A program made the position numbers and the translations under genes. This document shows positions 36,501-47,487 of a stretch of DNA of 64,000 bases, piece after piece. The stretch's first letter is position 1. Each line of letters starts with the position of its first letter. The notes below the pieces were generated by a model that did no database searches, had not been told where the DNA came from, and saw nothing but the letters and a program-made list of their open reading frames with translations. The stretch spans positions 16,182,001 to 16,246,000 of the forward strand of contig CAIIXF020000001.1 in assembly GCA_903813345.2 (NCBI GenBank), written 5' to 3'. Source of the DNA: Owenia fusiformis. Taxonomy: Eukaryota.

Positions 36501-39500
36501 GACAAAAGTAAGTATTCCATGCAATGGCTATTTCATTCATGAGTTTGTAGGAATTCTGTTGGAACCCAGTTCTGATCAAGTACGAAGTTATTGAAATCGG
36601 CGCAGTTGGACTTTACTCCGAAAGATGGTTTTTCGATTATAACTTTTTACAACATTTAAGTATAGACTTTTGAAAATAAATACAGAATAGTCCTTATATT
36701 ATTGAATGATTCTGTTATTTCTGATTCACACGGCTCTGATTTGTTTAATTAAAAAAAAGTTTTAAAAATATTACTTAGGAACGTAACCGGAGTTGGGAAC
36801 GTAACCGGAAATGAACAATAGTGACCACTATGTCAGAAGTAAGTACAGTAAAACCTGTCTATGTAGAACACCTTTGGTACCTCTAAAAAATGTTCCACTT
36901 GGGAGGTGTTCTCACGGGGTACCATCGAATAATTTTGGCAACGTACCGGAGAACGACATTTTACTAAGAAATGGCAATAATTTAGCACAATATATTTTTT
37001 AACTAGAGTTCTACTTTGATTTTGACAAAAGTAAGTATTCCATGCAATGGCTATTTCATTCATGAGTTTGTAGGAATTCTGTTGGAACCCAGTTCTGATC
37101 AAGTACGAAGTTATTGAAATCGGCGCAGTCGGACTTTACTCCGAAAGATGGTTTTTCGATTATAACTTTTTACAACATTTAAGTATAGACTTTTGAAAAA
37201 AGTACAGAATAGTCCTTATACTATTGAATGATTCTGTTATTTCTGATTCACACGGCTCTGATTTGTTTAATTAAAAAAAGTTTTAAAAATATTACTTAGG
37301 AACGTAACCGGAGTTGGGAACGTAACCGGAGCAGATCTAGATCAGTTGAATTATATAATTTAAAAAAATAAAATATATGATTTAAAGCATATATATTAAT
37401 AAATACGCATTCGAACAATCCCGTATGTTTTTAAATTAGTATATGTGCTTTAAATCATATATTTTAATTTTTTTGATTAAATAATTCAACTGATCTGCTC
37501 CGGTTACGTTCCCAGCTCCGGTTACGTTCCTAAGTAATATTTTTAAAACTTTTTTTTTAATTAAACAAATCAGAGTCGTGTGAATCAGAAATAACAGAAT
37601 TATTCAAAAGTATAAGGACTATTCTGTACTTTTTTCAAAAGTTTATACTTAAATGTTGTGAAAAGTTATAATCGAAAAACCATCTTTTGGAGTAAAGTCC
37701 GTCTGTGCCGATTTCAATAACTTCGTACTTGATCAGAACTGGGTTCCAACAGAATTCCTACAAACTCATGAATGAAATAGTTATTGCATGGAATACTTAC
37801 TTTTGTCAAAATCAAAATAGAACTCTAGTTAAAAAATATATTGTGCTAAATTATTGCCATTTCTTAGTAAAATGTCGTTCTCCGGTACGTTGCCAAAATT
37901 ATTCGATGGTACCCCGTGGTTCTACTAATAGAGATTCATATAACATTAAGTCAGTCCTCAGATTCGGAAGTGTTCTACTTACAGAGGTTTTCCACTTAAA
38001 AGGTTTGACTGTACTTGTCTTAAAATGTTGAAAATCATGGCGGAGAATTATCCATTTCATTTTATTTATTTATTTTTTAATTGGATTTTTACACCTCAAA
38101 TAAAAACTCGCCTGTTGCCTGGTAAAATCTTGCTAACAAGATTTTACAAGAATTGAGGGAAGAATCAGAAAAAAATCAAAACTTGTCCAATATATGACCG
38201 AAAATCCATAACATTTTCACAAGAATGATGGTTCCCATCAAAATCGGTCATTCTAATCGTACAGTTTGTGTCACTTTACTTTTCCGAAGGCAGTAAAGCT
38301 CAGTATCGATACCCCATCACCCCCAAAATTGATTGATTGAGTTTCTAAACTGACATTGATCTTTTGATGCCTTTTATTAATTACATTTTAATAGGCAATG
38401 TGTTCAAAAGCTGTTTCTTCAATTTGAATATTTTGGGTTTTGAAATCTGTGCTCAGAATCAGCATGTATTTTGAATTTATATCAATTTGAGCAATGAGTA
38501 ATACTTGCATTGCAGGGTTTGAGTGCCAGAACGGAGGAACACGAATACTAGGCAGTTGTCAATGTGTTAATGGTTACTATGGCAACCGTTGTGAATTCAT
38601 CATAAAAGGTAGTTGTTATTTCTACTAAACATTCAAAAAGGAAACAATACTGTATAAGTGGTATTTAATATGAATGGTTAATTTGCCGAATGGTCAAATT
38701 TTATCATTCTCCTAATTTCAATTTTCCTAATGATATCCATTGGATAACATTATGAAGATAATATCTCTGACATTTAATTTTCCTAACCTGGCAAAAATTA
38801 GGCAATAGACAAATTAAATGATTAGGCAAAATTACCATTTATACAGTATAGCAAATCAGCTTTAAAATTGGTCATCACTTTGTTGTCTTATTTCAGATTG
38901 TACTGAGATGAAACTATATATTAAAAAGAATAGTGGATATTTCTGGGCACAACTGGCAGGGTTTGATAACCCTTACCAAATATTCTGTTCCCATACTTTG
39001 ATGAGGGTCTACCTTAAAAATCGGTTCTATGATGCTACTCTCTATAACCTCACCTGGCAACAGTACAAACAAGGGTACAACGAAACCCCCTTAGTGAACT
39101 CTTTTATTGGCCTTGATAACCTGCACAAGCTTACCACAAATCGAGCACATGAACTCCAGGTAAGTCACCCTAAATATTCACTGCAGACTGCATGAGTGAT
39201 GATCCCACAATGTACTTTGACTTTTACTGGGCAAAAGTAAACAACTTAGTGTATTTATTACATGTACATGTAAATAATAAGAACCATTCTGTATCCTTCA
39301 TATATATTAACTAAATGGTTATTTTGTTTAGGTGCTTTTACAGCCTTGTTTTCATATATATTAACTAAATGGTATATATTATGGTTAGGTGCGTTACAGC
39401 CTTGTTTTCATATATATTAACTAAATGGTATATACTATGGTTAGGTGCGTTACAGCCTTGTTTTCATATATATTAACTAAATGGTATATATTATGTTTAG

Positions 39501-42500
39501 GTGCGTACACAGCTTTGTTTTCATATCTTAACTAAATGGTATATATTATGTTTATGTGCGTACACAGCTTTGTTTTCATATACAAGTATTAACTAAATGG
39601 TATATATTTTGTTTAGGTGCGTATACAGCCTTGTTTTGGGGGTCTCTGTCCGGTCTATTTGTACTACTTTGCTAGTATCAATGTTTCTTCGGAGTCTGAT
39701 GGATATCAACTGAACATTGGGCCAATCAGTTCACAACGTTGCGCAAATCACCACTGCCCAAATGATACAGTATGGGAACCATATGCTAAATCTGCTAATC
39801 CACTTGAAGCAATGAATGGGATGAAGTTCTCTACAGTGGATGTTGATAACGACATATCCAACAGCACACACTGTGCAGAAGAGTATGGAGGGGGATGGTG
39901 GTATAAGGACTGTGCACGATGTGGAATGAATGCTACTGACATCATACCTACATATCCAGGCACAGAGCATATATGTTTACCAGAGGTTATATACAAGACA
40001 TGCTCACATCCCTACTGTCAGCGTGTAAAAGTAACATTATATATTAAGATAAATTAAGTATATCCCAAGATAAGATGGTCAATTTTGAACATATCTCACC
40101 ATGCATCTGTATGGCAAACAACTATTTGGGAAGCATGGATCCAATGCGAGTAAAGTTATTATATGGAGCTTGAAATTGTCCTTTGTGGTAATTTAAGCAA
40201 TTCAGAGCATAGTGAACATCTTGAATAATGGATTTGAAACAATTGTACGTACATTGGAATGCATTTAAAGGGCCATTCCTTGCCAGACCATTTCTCTCTT
40301 GATATGGTAGCTATAACCATATACATGTACATATACTCGTATATATGTGGTATATAATTATATATATACATTCCATGTTAAGCAAAATAGATGCGACTAG
40401 ATGCGAGTAGATATAATCTTGATTTATGTCATTAAATATTCAAAATTCAGTCAAAGTGATATCATATTTGAAATCTACAAGTAAAAGTACATCTAGAAAT
40501 ATGGTTTTTTTGAAAATGTGATTTCCAGTTTGGGGAGATTCCCCATAGGGCCCATGTTATAAACACAGGCTGATATCGAAAGATTTGTCCGCTGTGACGG
40601 AGCATGCTATTTTTCATAAAAACACTAAGAATGCTTCACGATTTATTTTTTAACTCATATGTTTCGTTATATCAAAGATAATTGCTTACTCCATGCAATG
40701 GATATATCATTTGCGTGTAACCTTCATAGTTATGCTGAAACTGTGTGTAAATATTATCGTGTCACTATATCGTGCCATTAGAAAGTTAAACAAGAAATGG
40801 TACATTTTGAAGTATGATACTCCAGCGCCATTTTCAATAGCTTTTCTTCCCAGCGTAATTGGACTTCAAACAGAAGTGAAAGTTACCCGCAAATGATATA
40901 TCCATTGCATGGAGTAAGTAATTTTGTATGGTATAACGAAACATATGAGTTAAAAAATAAATCGTGAAGTATTCTTAGTGATTTATGAAAAATAGCATGC
41001 TCCGTCACAGCGGACAAATATTTCGATACCAGCCTGTGATAAAATCACAAAAAATTAAATATCTTTTCTTGTGTTGGACAGATAACATTTTCTTTAGCTG
41101 GACATATTTTGATTTGCATAAGTATTAGATACATGATGGTGATATGAAAATTGAACCGCTAAAACAGATGAATATTAAGTTTAAGGGAACTTTCTCCTAT
41201 ACCCGCCATGCTATCTGACCCGAAAGAGCCACCTGGTGGTGAGACTGGTAACTACCTACTCGCATCTGAGTCATTGTAGTGCTCATTTCCAGTAAGCTGC
41301 CATCTTTTAAGCTTTCATACATAAAATGATGTCATCGATTCTCATCTTGTATAACCTTGTCTATAACAGCATAGGAAAGTAGCACAAAATCACTTCTAGA
41401 CAAGTGGTGCTTACTTTCTGAGCAAAGATATTTTCAGGGCTTGTCAACTTAGAAGAAGAGATTTTCAGAAGGATGAAATCTTTATATGAAGCCTTTAACA
41501 GTTTAAGTAAACTTATTCTTAAAAATGTATACATGTGTGTATACAGGGTGTTCCGAGGGTATGGTATCCCCCATAGGCAGACCTATACCATTGTCTCCAT
41601 AGTATGTGTCAAATATCATTTTAAGCTAATCCAAAGTTACATTGATTTGCCAAGTATCATGGTTCAACTCAAATGGGAAAAAGTTATAGGCATTTTAAAA
41701 CTTAGTGTTTGGTGAAAATTGAAGTTCAGTTCAGTATCCTGAAAAAAAACCTGACCTGAATGTGACCAAAAATATGGGTGCTATCGTCAAAGATAGAATG
41801 GATAGAGTCGGGAAAAGAGAATGGTAAAGGCAGATACTCCAATGGAACTCTTCTAAAATGCCTTAAAAAGGTTTTATGAGGATTACAAAACCCCACACCC
41901 CTATTTGAACTGGTTTAAGGACATGTCTGAAAAGAATTGCTACTGTGAATATGGCCAAGGGACACACACACTTTTAATTTGGTGTAAAACTGAACTTAAA
42001 TTTTGGCCAAACACCTAATTTCAAAATACCTGTAACCTTTTCCCATTTTTCCCATTTGTAAGTTGAACCATGATACTTGGTCAAATCAATGTAGCTTTAG
42101 ATAAGCTTTATAATGATATATGACACATACTATGGAGACATTGGTATATGTCTACCCAAGCGGGACCCATACTTTTGGGACACTCTGTAGATATTGGTTG
42201 GTACATGTTGACTAACCTGGACTATTTATGTACATGTGTATAGGTTTTCTGTCACTGTCTGACTGTAGGAAGAGCAGCTGAGCAACCACTAGACTTGCAG
42301 TGTCATCTGTTATCTAAAAAAGTGTATGACGATTAAGTCCACTGTTAAACAATATGCACTATGTGGCAGGTCAGGAGTAATACCCCATAGCATCTCTTTT
42401 AACAAAAGTGATGCTTGAAAACCATGTATCATCTCAAAATCAACTTTTTGCATCTTTTTTAAAACTTATTTTAGAGTGATAAAATGTGAATTTGATATGT

Positions 42501-45500
42501 CATTTTTTTATCTTAGTAAATTCAGTTGGAGCACATACTTAAATTCTCAAGAATGTGTTGTGAAGAAACCCATGTTAATCCAAAATGAAAAAAAAATTTA
42601 ATGTAATGAGCTAAAAGTGAGACTTATAGATCTTTTTAAGTGATTCATTTCTAATAACTGGTACTGTATAATGTACATGGAGTTCATGTACTAAAGTAGT
42701 AATTAATTGAAACAATCATGTGTCATACGACAATTTAAAAGTAGTGCCAGACATATAGAGCGACTTTGACAAAAACTGACTCTTATTAAGTATTTGTTTT
42801 CCTCATATCATTCCTTGCAACCTTTTTTCTACATGTCTCAAAAAAGTTCATAGTACATATGTATGCAACGAAATACAGATATTTCAACATTTCTTTCTCA
42901 AAAACATAATGTGGATAATTCTTATCTCCCAACTGACAACCTTCACATTCTTCATGAAATTCCAGATTTGTTCATCTCAAATCTGAAAGAACTTCATCAT
43001 TTCAAATCATCTCTTTTTCAAATACTATATTTTGAAATATAGGGACTGGTTGAAACATCTTAAATTTTCCTTAAAATTTTGTCATCCTCTACATGTCTGG
43101 TACTAGGCTTAATGAAATAAATATAGAAGTTAGTTTTTATCTTATATTTTGCCATATAATAAATAACACTGAACAAATGTCCATTTATTTTGTCCAATAA
43201 CGTGCTATATTCCAAATGCAGCACTGAGTCACACCGGAATAGCCTGACTACGGTAAAGTCAGATTAACTGTTATCACAAATGGCAGACATAACCGTCGCT
43301 TCAACTGTTTAGTCTGTTTAATCACTTGGTCCTCATTTCATGGGATATTATCGTCGCTAATTATGTGCATGGATTAAGCTCTTGTGATAATGTATCATAT
43401 GAAATCCCATTTTTGATCAAATTGGGTTGTGAATCGCCACAATATAGCGTCTTCAATATCGTCAATGACAACGGAATCTGAATTTGAGTAATTCAGAAAG
43501 ACAACGGCATATGGTAATTACAGTGTCCGTTGTCCCGTATCTCATTTTGATCGGTTAAATTAAAGACTTTATTTCGATGGTAGAACATCATTAACTGTAC
43601 AATGAGTATTAGACTCTTTGATTGATTAATGTTTCAAAGGAATTTAGTCTAGGTGCTCTATTAAACAAACAGTTCATGAAAATCTAATCGAAGTGACGGT
43701 TATATCCGCCATTTGTGACAACGCTATCTGACTTTACCGTTGTTAGGCTATTCCGGGGTGTGAGTGCAGCTAAACTTTACTCAAGTCTTTTGCTTTCAAC
43801 AGAAGTGTATAAATTGTCTTGAATGGTCCTTTTTCAATATAGCTTTTAAATCTTGTTTAAGTCACGTTTTTAATGAGATTTTAGAAGATCTGTATTTATA
43901 ACTATTAAAGACAAACATTTTCTTCTATTTGATGGCATATTTGAATTTTCTATCAAAACAATGTTTCATTACTGTTATAAGGATCATAATTATAATGTGA
44001 AATCACAATCCAAATGTCAATAAGATCATATAGTTACATTCCAAAAGTGTTTTAAGTTGAGCCAAATGGAATTACTTATTAGACCATGTAATTAAGTGAC
44101 TCTTCCCAATACATTACCAATTACCATGTATTCAAGCATTTCTAGCCTGCTACTAACACCCATGATGCCATCTATTTTCCCATTTATATGGAAAACGGTT
44201 AATTTATAATCCTGTATTCTATAAAATAATTCTATGTAATATTCCCAATGTGTTTTCATAGAAGCAAATAATACTGACAGATCAATGAAAGCAACAAGAA
44301 ACTTTAACTTACTGGTCCCATGACACAAATGATGCGATCTTTCAGTAACCTGGAATATATATCATAGGCTCTCTCTCCTCGTCCTGTCTGTTCAATCACC
44401 ATAGGAATCAATGGACTCATACATTGTGCAGTGTGATGTATCTCACGACCCTGTGAACATGTTGCAGTTAGCAACTTACCAAGCCCCTGGAAATATTTAA
44501 ATACTTCATAATTCTCAACTGGTATAAACTTCTTACACCAAGTAGAGTAGATCTTATGAATAGTATGGTAAACAATAACCATTAAATTTGTCATAATTAA
44601 CTAATTACTAGTAGAAGTGATAAATGTTGATAAATGACCATCATGATAAACCATGACATCTCTGAGATCATGTTCAATTGAAAATTAGCTTACACTAAGC
44701 CCCTATCAGGCAAATCCCTTGAATGTCCCGCGATATCCCGCAAATTTAAGTGGATATCCCGCAAATTTAAGGCATTTTGTCTAAAAAATCTATCCCTCTA
44801 TGAAGTCTTTGGTGGTTACCCTGTTTAACTGTCCCTAAATTAGCTTGTTTGTCCCTCGAAAAGTCCCACGTAGCCTTGTAGAAGGCTTTAGCATTTGTTG
44901 ATTTTAAAAATTTGGATATTTGTTTCCAAATGTAAAGCCCTGCAACATCCCCATTGGAAAACACTCGATTTCATCTGCGATAAATTACATGTAATTTGTA
45001 AGATAAATACTACTTAATACTTTGTGATATTTCCGTGCTCAACTCAAAGAATACCACTGTTTCTACCATCCTGCTATGTCAATCTGTATCCTAAATAATA
45101 ACTAGAGTCATAAAATGAATTTCTTTCCGAGTTACATTTTCAGATGTCTTTCTTCCTTCCCGACATATTGTTAATATGTAGCAATTGGTAATTTCCGGAT
45201 AGTTCATTTGAATATGTTGAAGAATGGAAATCAAGAACGGAAAATGATCATAGCTTTACTAGATTAAGACAAATACAAAACAATCTAGAACCAAACTATG
45301 GCTGTACTCAAGAAAGATTCCTGGTCTTCTTAAATATGCAACTGTTATAGCAAAGTTTCTAACTATTCCACTAGACCCAAATAAACCTGAGCTTTGTGAA
45401 TATTGTGGAGCACTAGAGGGAGACATTATCTCACACAGAGCAGCAATGTGCACAGAAACTGCTCCAGAACGAAACAATATGCTAAATAGAATCACTGTGG

Positions 45501-46381
45501 CTACAGGTCAGTCTGAAGCTGGGATTTTTCTCAGAGAATTCGTTATTCAGTGAAAGGCATTTCTTGTTTTAGCGACTGTGTTAATTTGAAAACGATAAAC
45601 ATAGTGTTGCCTTACTTTAGCAATATAATTAAAAACTCTAATGTAGAATTAAACACACCATTCCAATAAGCTATAACTGTTGAGTTATGACGTGCAATTA
45701 AAACCCCAGAGGTGCAATTTTTTACTTGCTTTTAACTTTGTAAACTTTTATTTTTATTTGTTTTGTTTATATTTTGTTCTTTCTTTATTACGTGTATAAA
45801 TGTTGTATAAGTTTTGGTTATTGTTGTATTGTTTGATTGATTTATGTTTACATGTTTAATCCATTTTATTATGGGAATAAAAGCGACATAATAATAATAA
45901 AGCGGCTACAAGGCTAGGTAAAATCGTGCAAATTATATTTGATCAAAATTTGGCCTATCCTATTAGTGGAATCATGTAAATCCCTTAAATCTCCCGCGAA
46001 ATCCCGTTAATTTAGTTGGATGTCACACAAAATCTCACAAATTTTGGGCACTGGGCCCAAGAAATCTGTCCCGCAAGAAAATCTTTGGGGGTTGACAGTA
46101 CTGGATGAAAAAACAGATGAAGCACAAGAATGGCAACTATCAAAAAGTAAGTTCAATTTTCTATTCTTTGGAGACATTACACTATCAGATTCTATGTTCG
46201 CCGTTGTCGGAAAGTTTCATAATCTGTAATTTTTGAATGAAACTGGAGTCCCACTGAAAATCAAAAACACTAAAAACCATGATAAGAAGAGCAAAAGTAA
46301 GATCAGTGGTATAGAAGCAAAGAAAAGTTGTAGGTGTTCTATACATAGGTGTTTACTTACGCTTATAGACCGTCTAAGCAT
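27550..46381 (-). CDS. CLPP: Mitochondrial ATP-dependent Clp protease proteolytic subunit. Exons: 46361-46381, 44313-44486, 42217-42313, 35280-35467, 28485-28590, 27550-27668
   Basis: MLRRSIS presequence-like start; [38 protein letters not shown]...[15 protein letters not shown]; catalytic Ser (ACSMGS), His (MIHQPSG) and Asp (LERDRFM). Phases are consistent and there is a polyA signal at about 27437-27442. Confidence 0.96.
27880..28512 (-). repeat. Minisatellite (about 38-50-bp units, about 15 copies) made of the last ~28 nt of CLPP exon 5 plus its donor site
   Basis: The minus-strand unit catacctctcaaccccttgat...gtaagggaaat matches the exon end CAT ACC TCT CAA CCT CTT GAA ACA ATA G|gtaagg. 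Confidence 0.9.
29783..31113. mobile_element. Non-autonomous DNA transposon with ~31-bp TIRs in a TATA context
   Basis: tata|tgatacgacgtcagatactgtacatcacggc ... gccgcgatgtacagtatctgacgttgtatca|tata. No ORF. Confidence 0.75.
31808..33948. mobile_element. Foldback element, probably Crypton-derived, with a nested palindromic insertion
   Basis: Long terminal IRs (tagagatt.tcctatatgaggttcaggatattggga...) and ccgaggg..gtaggtcccga hairpins. Both arms carry a decayed [19 protein letters not shown]-like coding remnant. Confidence 0.6.
32837..33726. mobile_element. Palindromic MITE with CAC...GTG ends and 5-bp TSD AAAAC (Transib-like)
   Basis: Near-perfect inverted arms of about 400 bp, a central 37-bp direct repeat, and TSD at 32832-32836 and 33727-33731. 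Confidence 0.9.
34065..34790 (+). mobile_element. Degraded Crypton-type (tyrosine-recombinase transposon) remnant
   Basis: Broken frames give [36 protein letters not shown] and DAR...[19 protein letters not shown], resembling the N-terminus of CryptonA/DUF3504 proteins. There is a terminal hairpin at about 34630-34785. Confidence 0.6.
36023..40057 (+). CDS. Secreted fibrinogen-related domain protein (signal peptide - PAN/Apple-like - EGF - FReD), nested antisense in CLPP intron 3. Exons: 36023-36323, 38516-38608, 38897-39159, 39617-40057
   Basis: Hydrophobic leader; [16 protein letters not shown]...FCDLN (PAN); CQNGG...[13 protein letters not shown] (EGF); DCTE...TWQQYKQGY...[11 protein letters not shown]...[13 protein letters not shown]...[14 protein letters not shown] (FReD). 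Phases are consistent. Confidence 0.88.
36294..37329 (+). repeat. About 515-bp tandem duplication including the FReD exon 1 end, its donor, a Tc1-like MITE end and the left arm of a palindromic element
   Basis: gaaatgaacaatagtgaccactatgtcagaagtaagtacagtaaaacc occurs at about 36293 and about 36808. The copies are nearly identical and the first has short deletions. Confidence 0.9.
36913..37918. mobile_element. Palindromic MITE with CAC...GTG ends and 5-bp TSD GTTCT (Transib-like), inserted in a Tc1-like MITE
   Basis: gttct|cacggggtaccatcgaataattttgg ... ccaaaattattcgatggtaccccgtg|gttct, with arms of about 490 bp. Confidence 0.9.
39298..39637 (+). repeat. 6 x ~57-bp tandem repeat spanning the FReD exon 4 acceptor
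   Basis: ttaactaaatggtatata...ttag|gtgcgt.acagc.ttgtttt, with AG at 39330, 39387, 39443, 39499, a mutated copy at about 39554, and 39615. Confidence 0.9.
40564..41038. mobile_element. Palindromic MITE with CAC...GTG ends and 5-bp TSD ATAAA (Transib-like)
   Basis: ataaa|cacaggctgatatcgaaa ... tttcgataccagcctgtg|ataaa, with arms of about 150 bp or more. Confidence 0.88.
41544..42187. mobile_element. Tc1/mariner-like MITE with TA TSD; a short relative at 49112-49163
   Basis: ta|cagggtgttcc ... gggacactctg|ta, with long diverged internal inverted arms. Confidence 0.7.
43230..43760. mobile_element. MITE with CAC...GTG ends and 5-bp TSD TGAGT (Transib-like)
   Basis: tgagt|cacaccggaatagcctgactacggtaaagtcagat ... 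atctgactttaccgttgttaggctattccggggtg|tgagt. Confidence 0.88.
44689..46103. mobile_element. Partial copy of the CCCGCRAA-rich element (see 50455-51643), interrupted by a LINE remnant
   Basis: 44689-44869 and about 45940-46103 match about 51288-51643, ending gggggttgacagtactg. Confidence 0.7.
44883..45901 (+). pseudogene. Decayed 3' end of a non-LTR retrotransposon
   Basis: Frameshifted [20 protein letters not shown].../...[21 protein letters not shown] (CCHC-like), a T-rich 3' UTR, AATAAA and a (TAA)n tail. Confidence 0.6.
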
Positions 46382-46570
46382 GGTTTAAAACAAATATTAA
46401 TAATTTTGTAACTTTCTTTGCAAAATGGGCGATAATAAGTGAAGTTCTAAAGTCACGTAATATCACGAGAGATCTCGTGGCTACCAAGTATGGCTGACGC
46501 GGATAAACAAAATATGAAGAAACACTCTTTTCACTTATAGTGAATTATTGTTGCATTGCGGAGAGTGAGT
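46382..46570. promoter_or_regulatory. Probable bidirectional promoter between CLPP and the + strand coiled-coil gene
   Basis: CLPP ATG at 46381 (-), a palindromic cacgagagatctcgtg at about 46464-46479, local CpG enrichment, and a + strand donor gaga|gtgagt at about 46565. Confidence 0.5.
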
Positions 46571-46921
46571 AACTCAAATTATACTTAAAATGCATGTTGT
46601 ATAGTTCAGGCACACACTGCTATTACATTTTTATAATCTGGTGTTGTCATGTCGACGTTATTGATAGAAGAATACTTTCAAATTTTCAGACCAGTGAAAA
46701 TATTCAGAAATATTTTCAATTTTCTTCAATACTTCATTATCAAGACTTGGAAAGATCAATTTAATTTATATTATTCAGCAATAAGATCATCTTACTGACT
46801 GAATAATATAATAATTGATTTATATCTACTTTGACTTGCAATACAAGTTGTGGTTTAGTTTCTAGCACAGGGGTTTCTAGTTACTATAGTAACTTATGTA
46901 GGCTACCCATATATTTACTAA

Positions 46922-47487
46922 GGGCAATCTACAACTGATTCAGTTCTTTGATCGGTTCTCTGCGCGTATTTTCTGCGCATCTCAAATTTGATTGGTTGCT
47001 TTTTATTGTACATGCGCAATGTTACTCACTTTGAGAGCCATGTTAGATTTTGAAACTTATCAAAATCCACATAACTTTTGCAGGAAGTAAGCGCGATGTT
47101 GATAGAAAAAAACATGATAGAATTTACCCAGAAGACATTATGTTCTCAGTTTGGGCCCTTTTGCCACATTAATATAAAGCAAATTAATATGTTTCGCCCA
47201 TACATTTAATTTTTATGTATTTGCCGCCGCAGTCTATCATCATCCTGAATATTCAACATACAGAATGACCAGTACTCGTACAAAAGTGTATGATGGATTA
47301 TTGAAGGTTTAATTACTACCTGGGATTGTGGATGTACATGTTAGGAAGGTCCTAAATTATTAAATAGTTTTGTTCACAACATTAATGATGGTGATTGGAC
47401 TATAATGGGACACTGCAAGGTATCATTGGAAGCACCTTTCATTGTTGCGCATGCGTAAAAGTGAACCGAATCAGTTAAAGATTGCTA
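46922..47487. mobile_element. MITE with imperfect TIRs (possibly PIF/Harbinger-like)
   Basis: gcaatctacaactgattcagttc ... gaaccgaatcagttaaagattgc. Confidence 0.55.

Noticed and set aside
36397-38031. Three near-identical short ORFs ([12 protein letters not shown]...)
   Set aside because: They are by-products of the palindrome arms and the duplication, with no transposase motifs.
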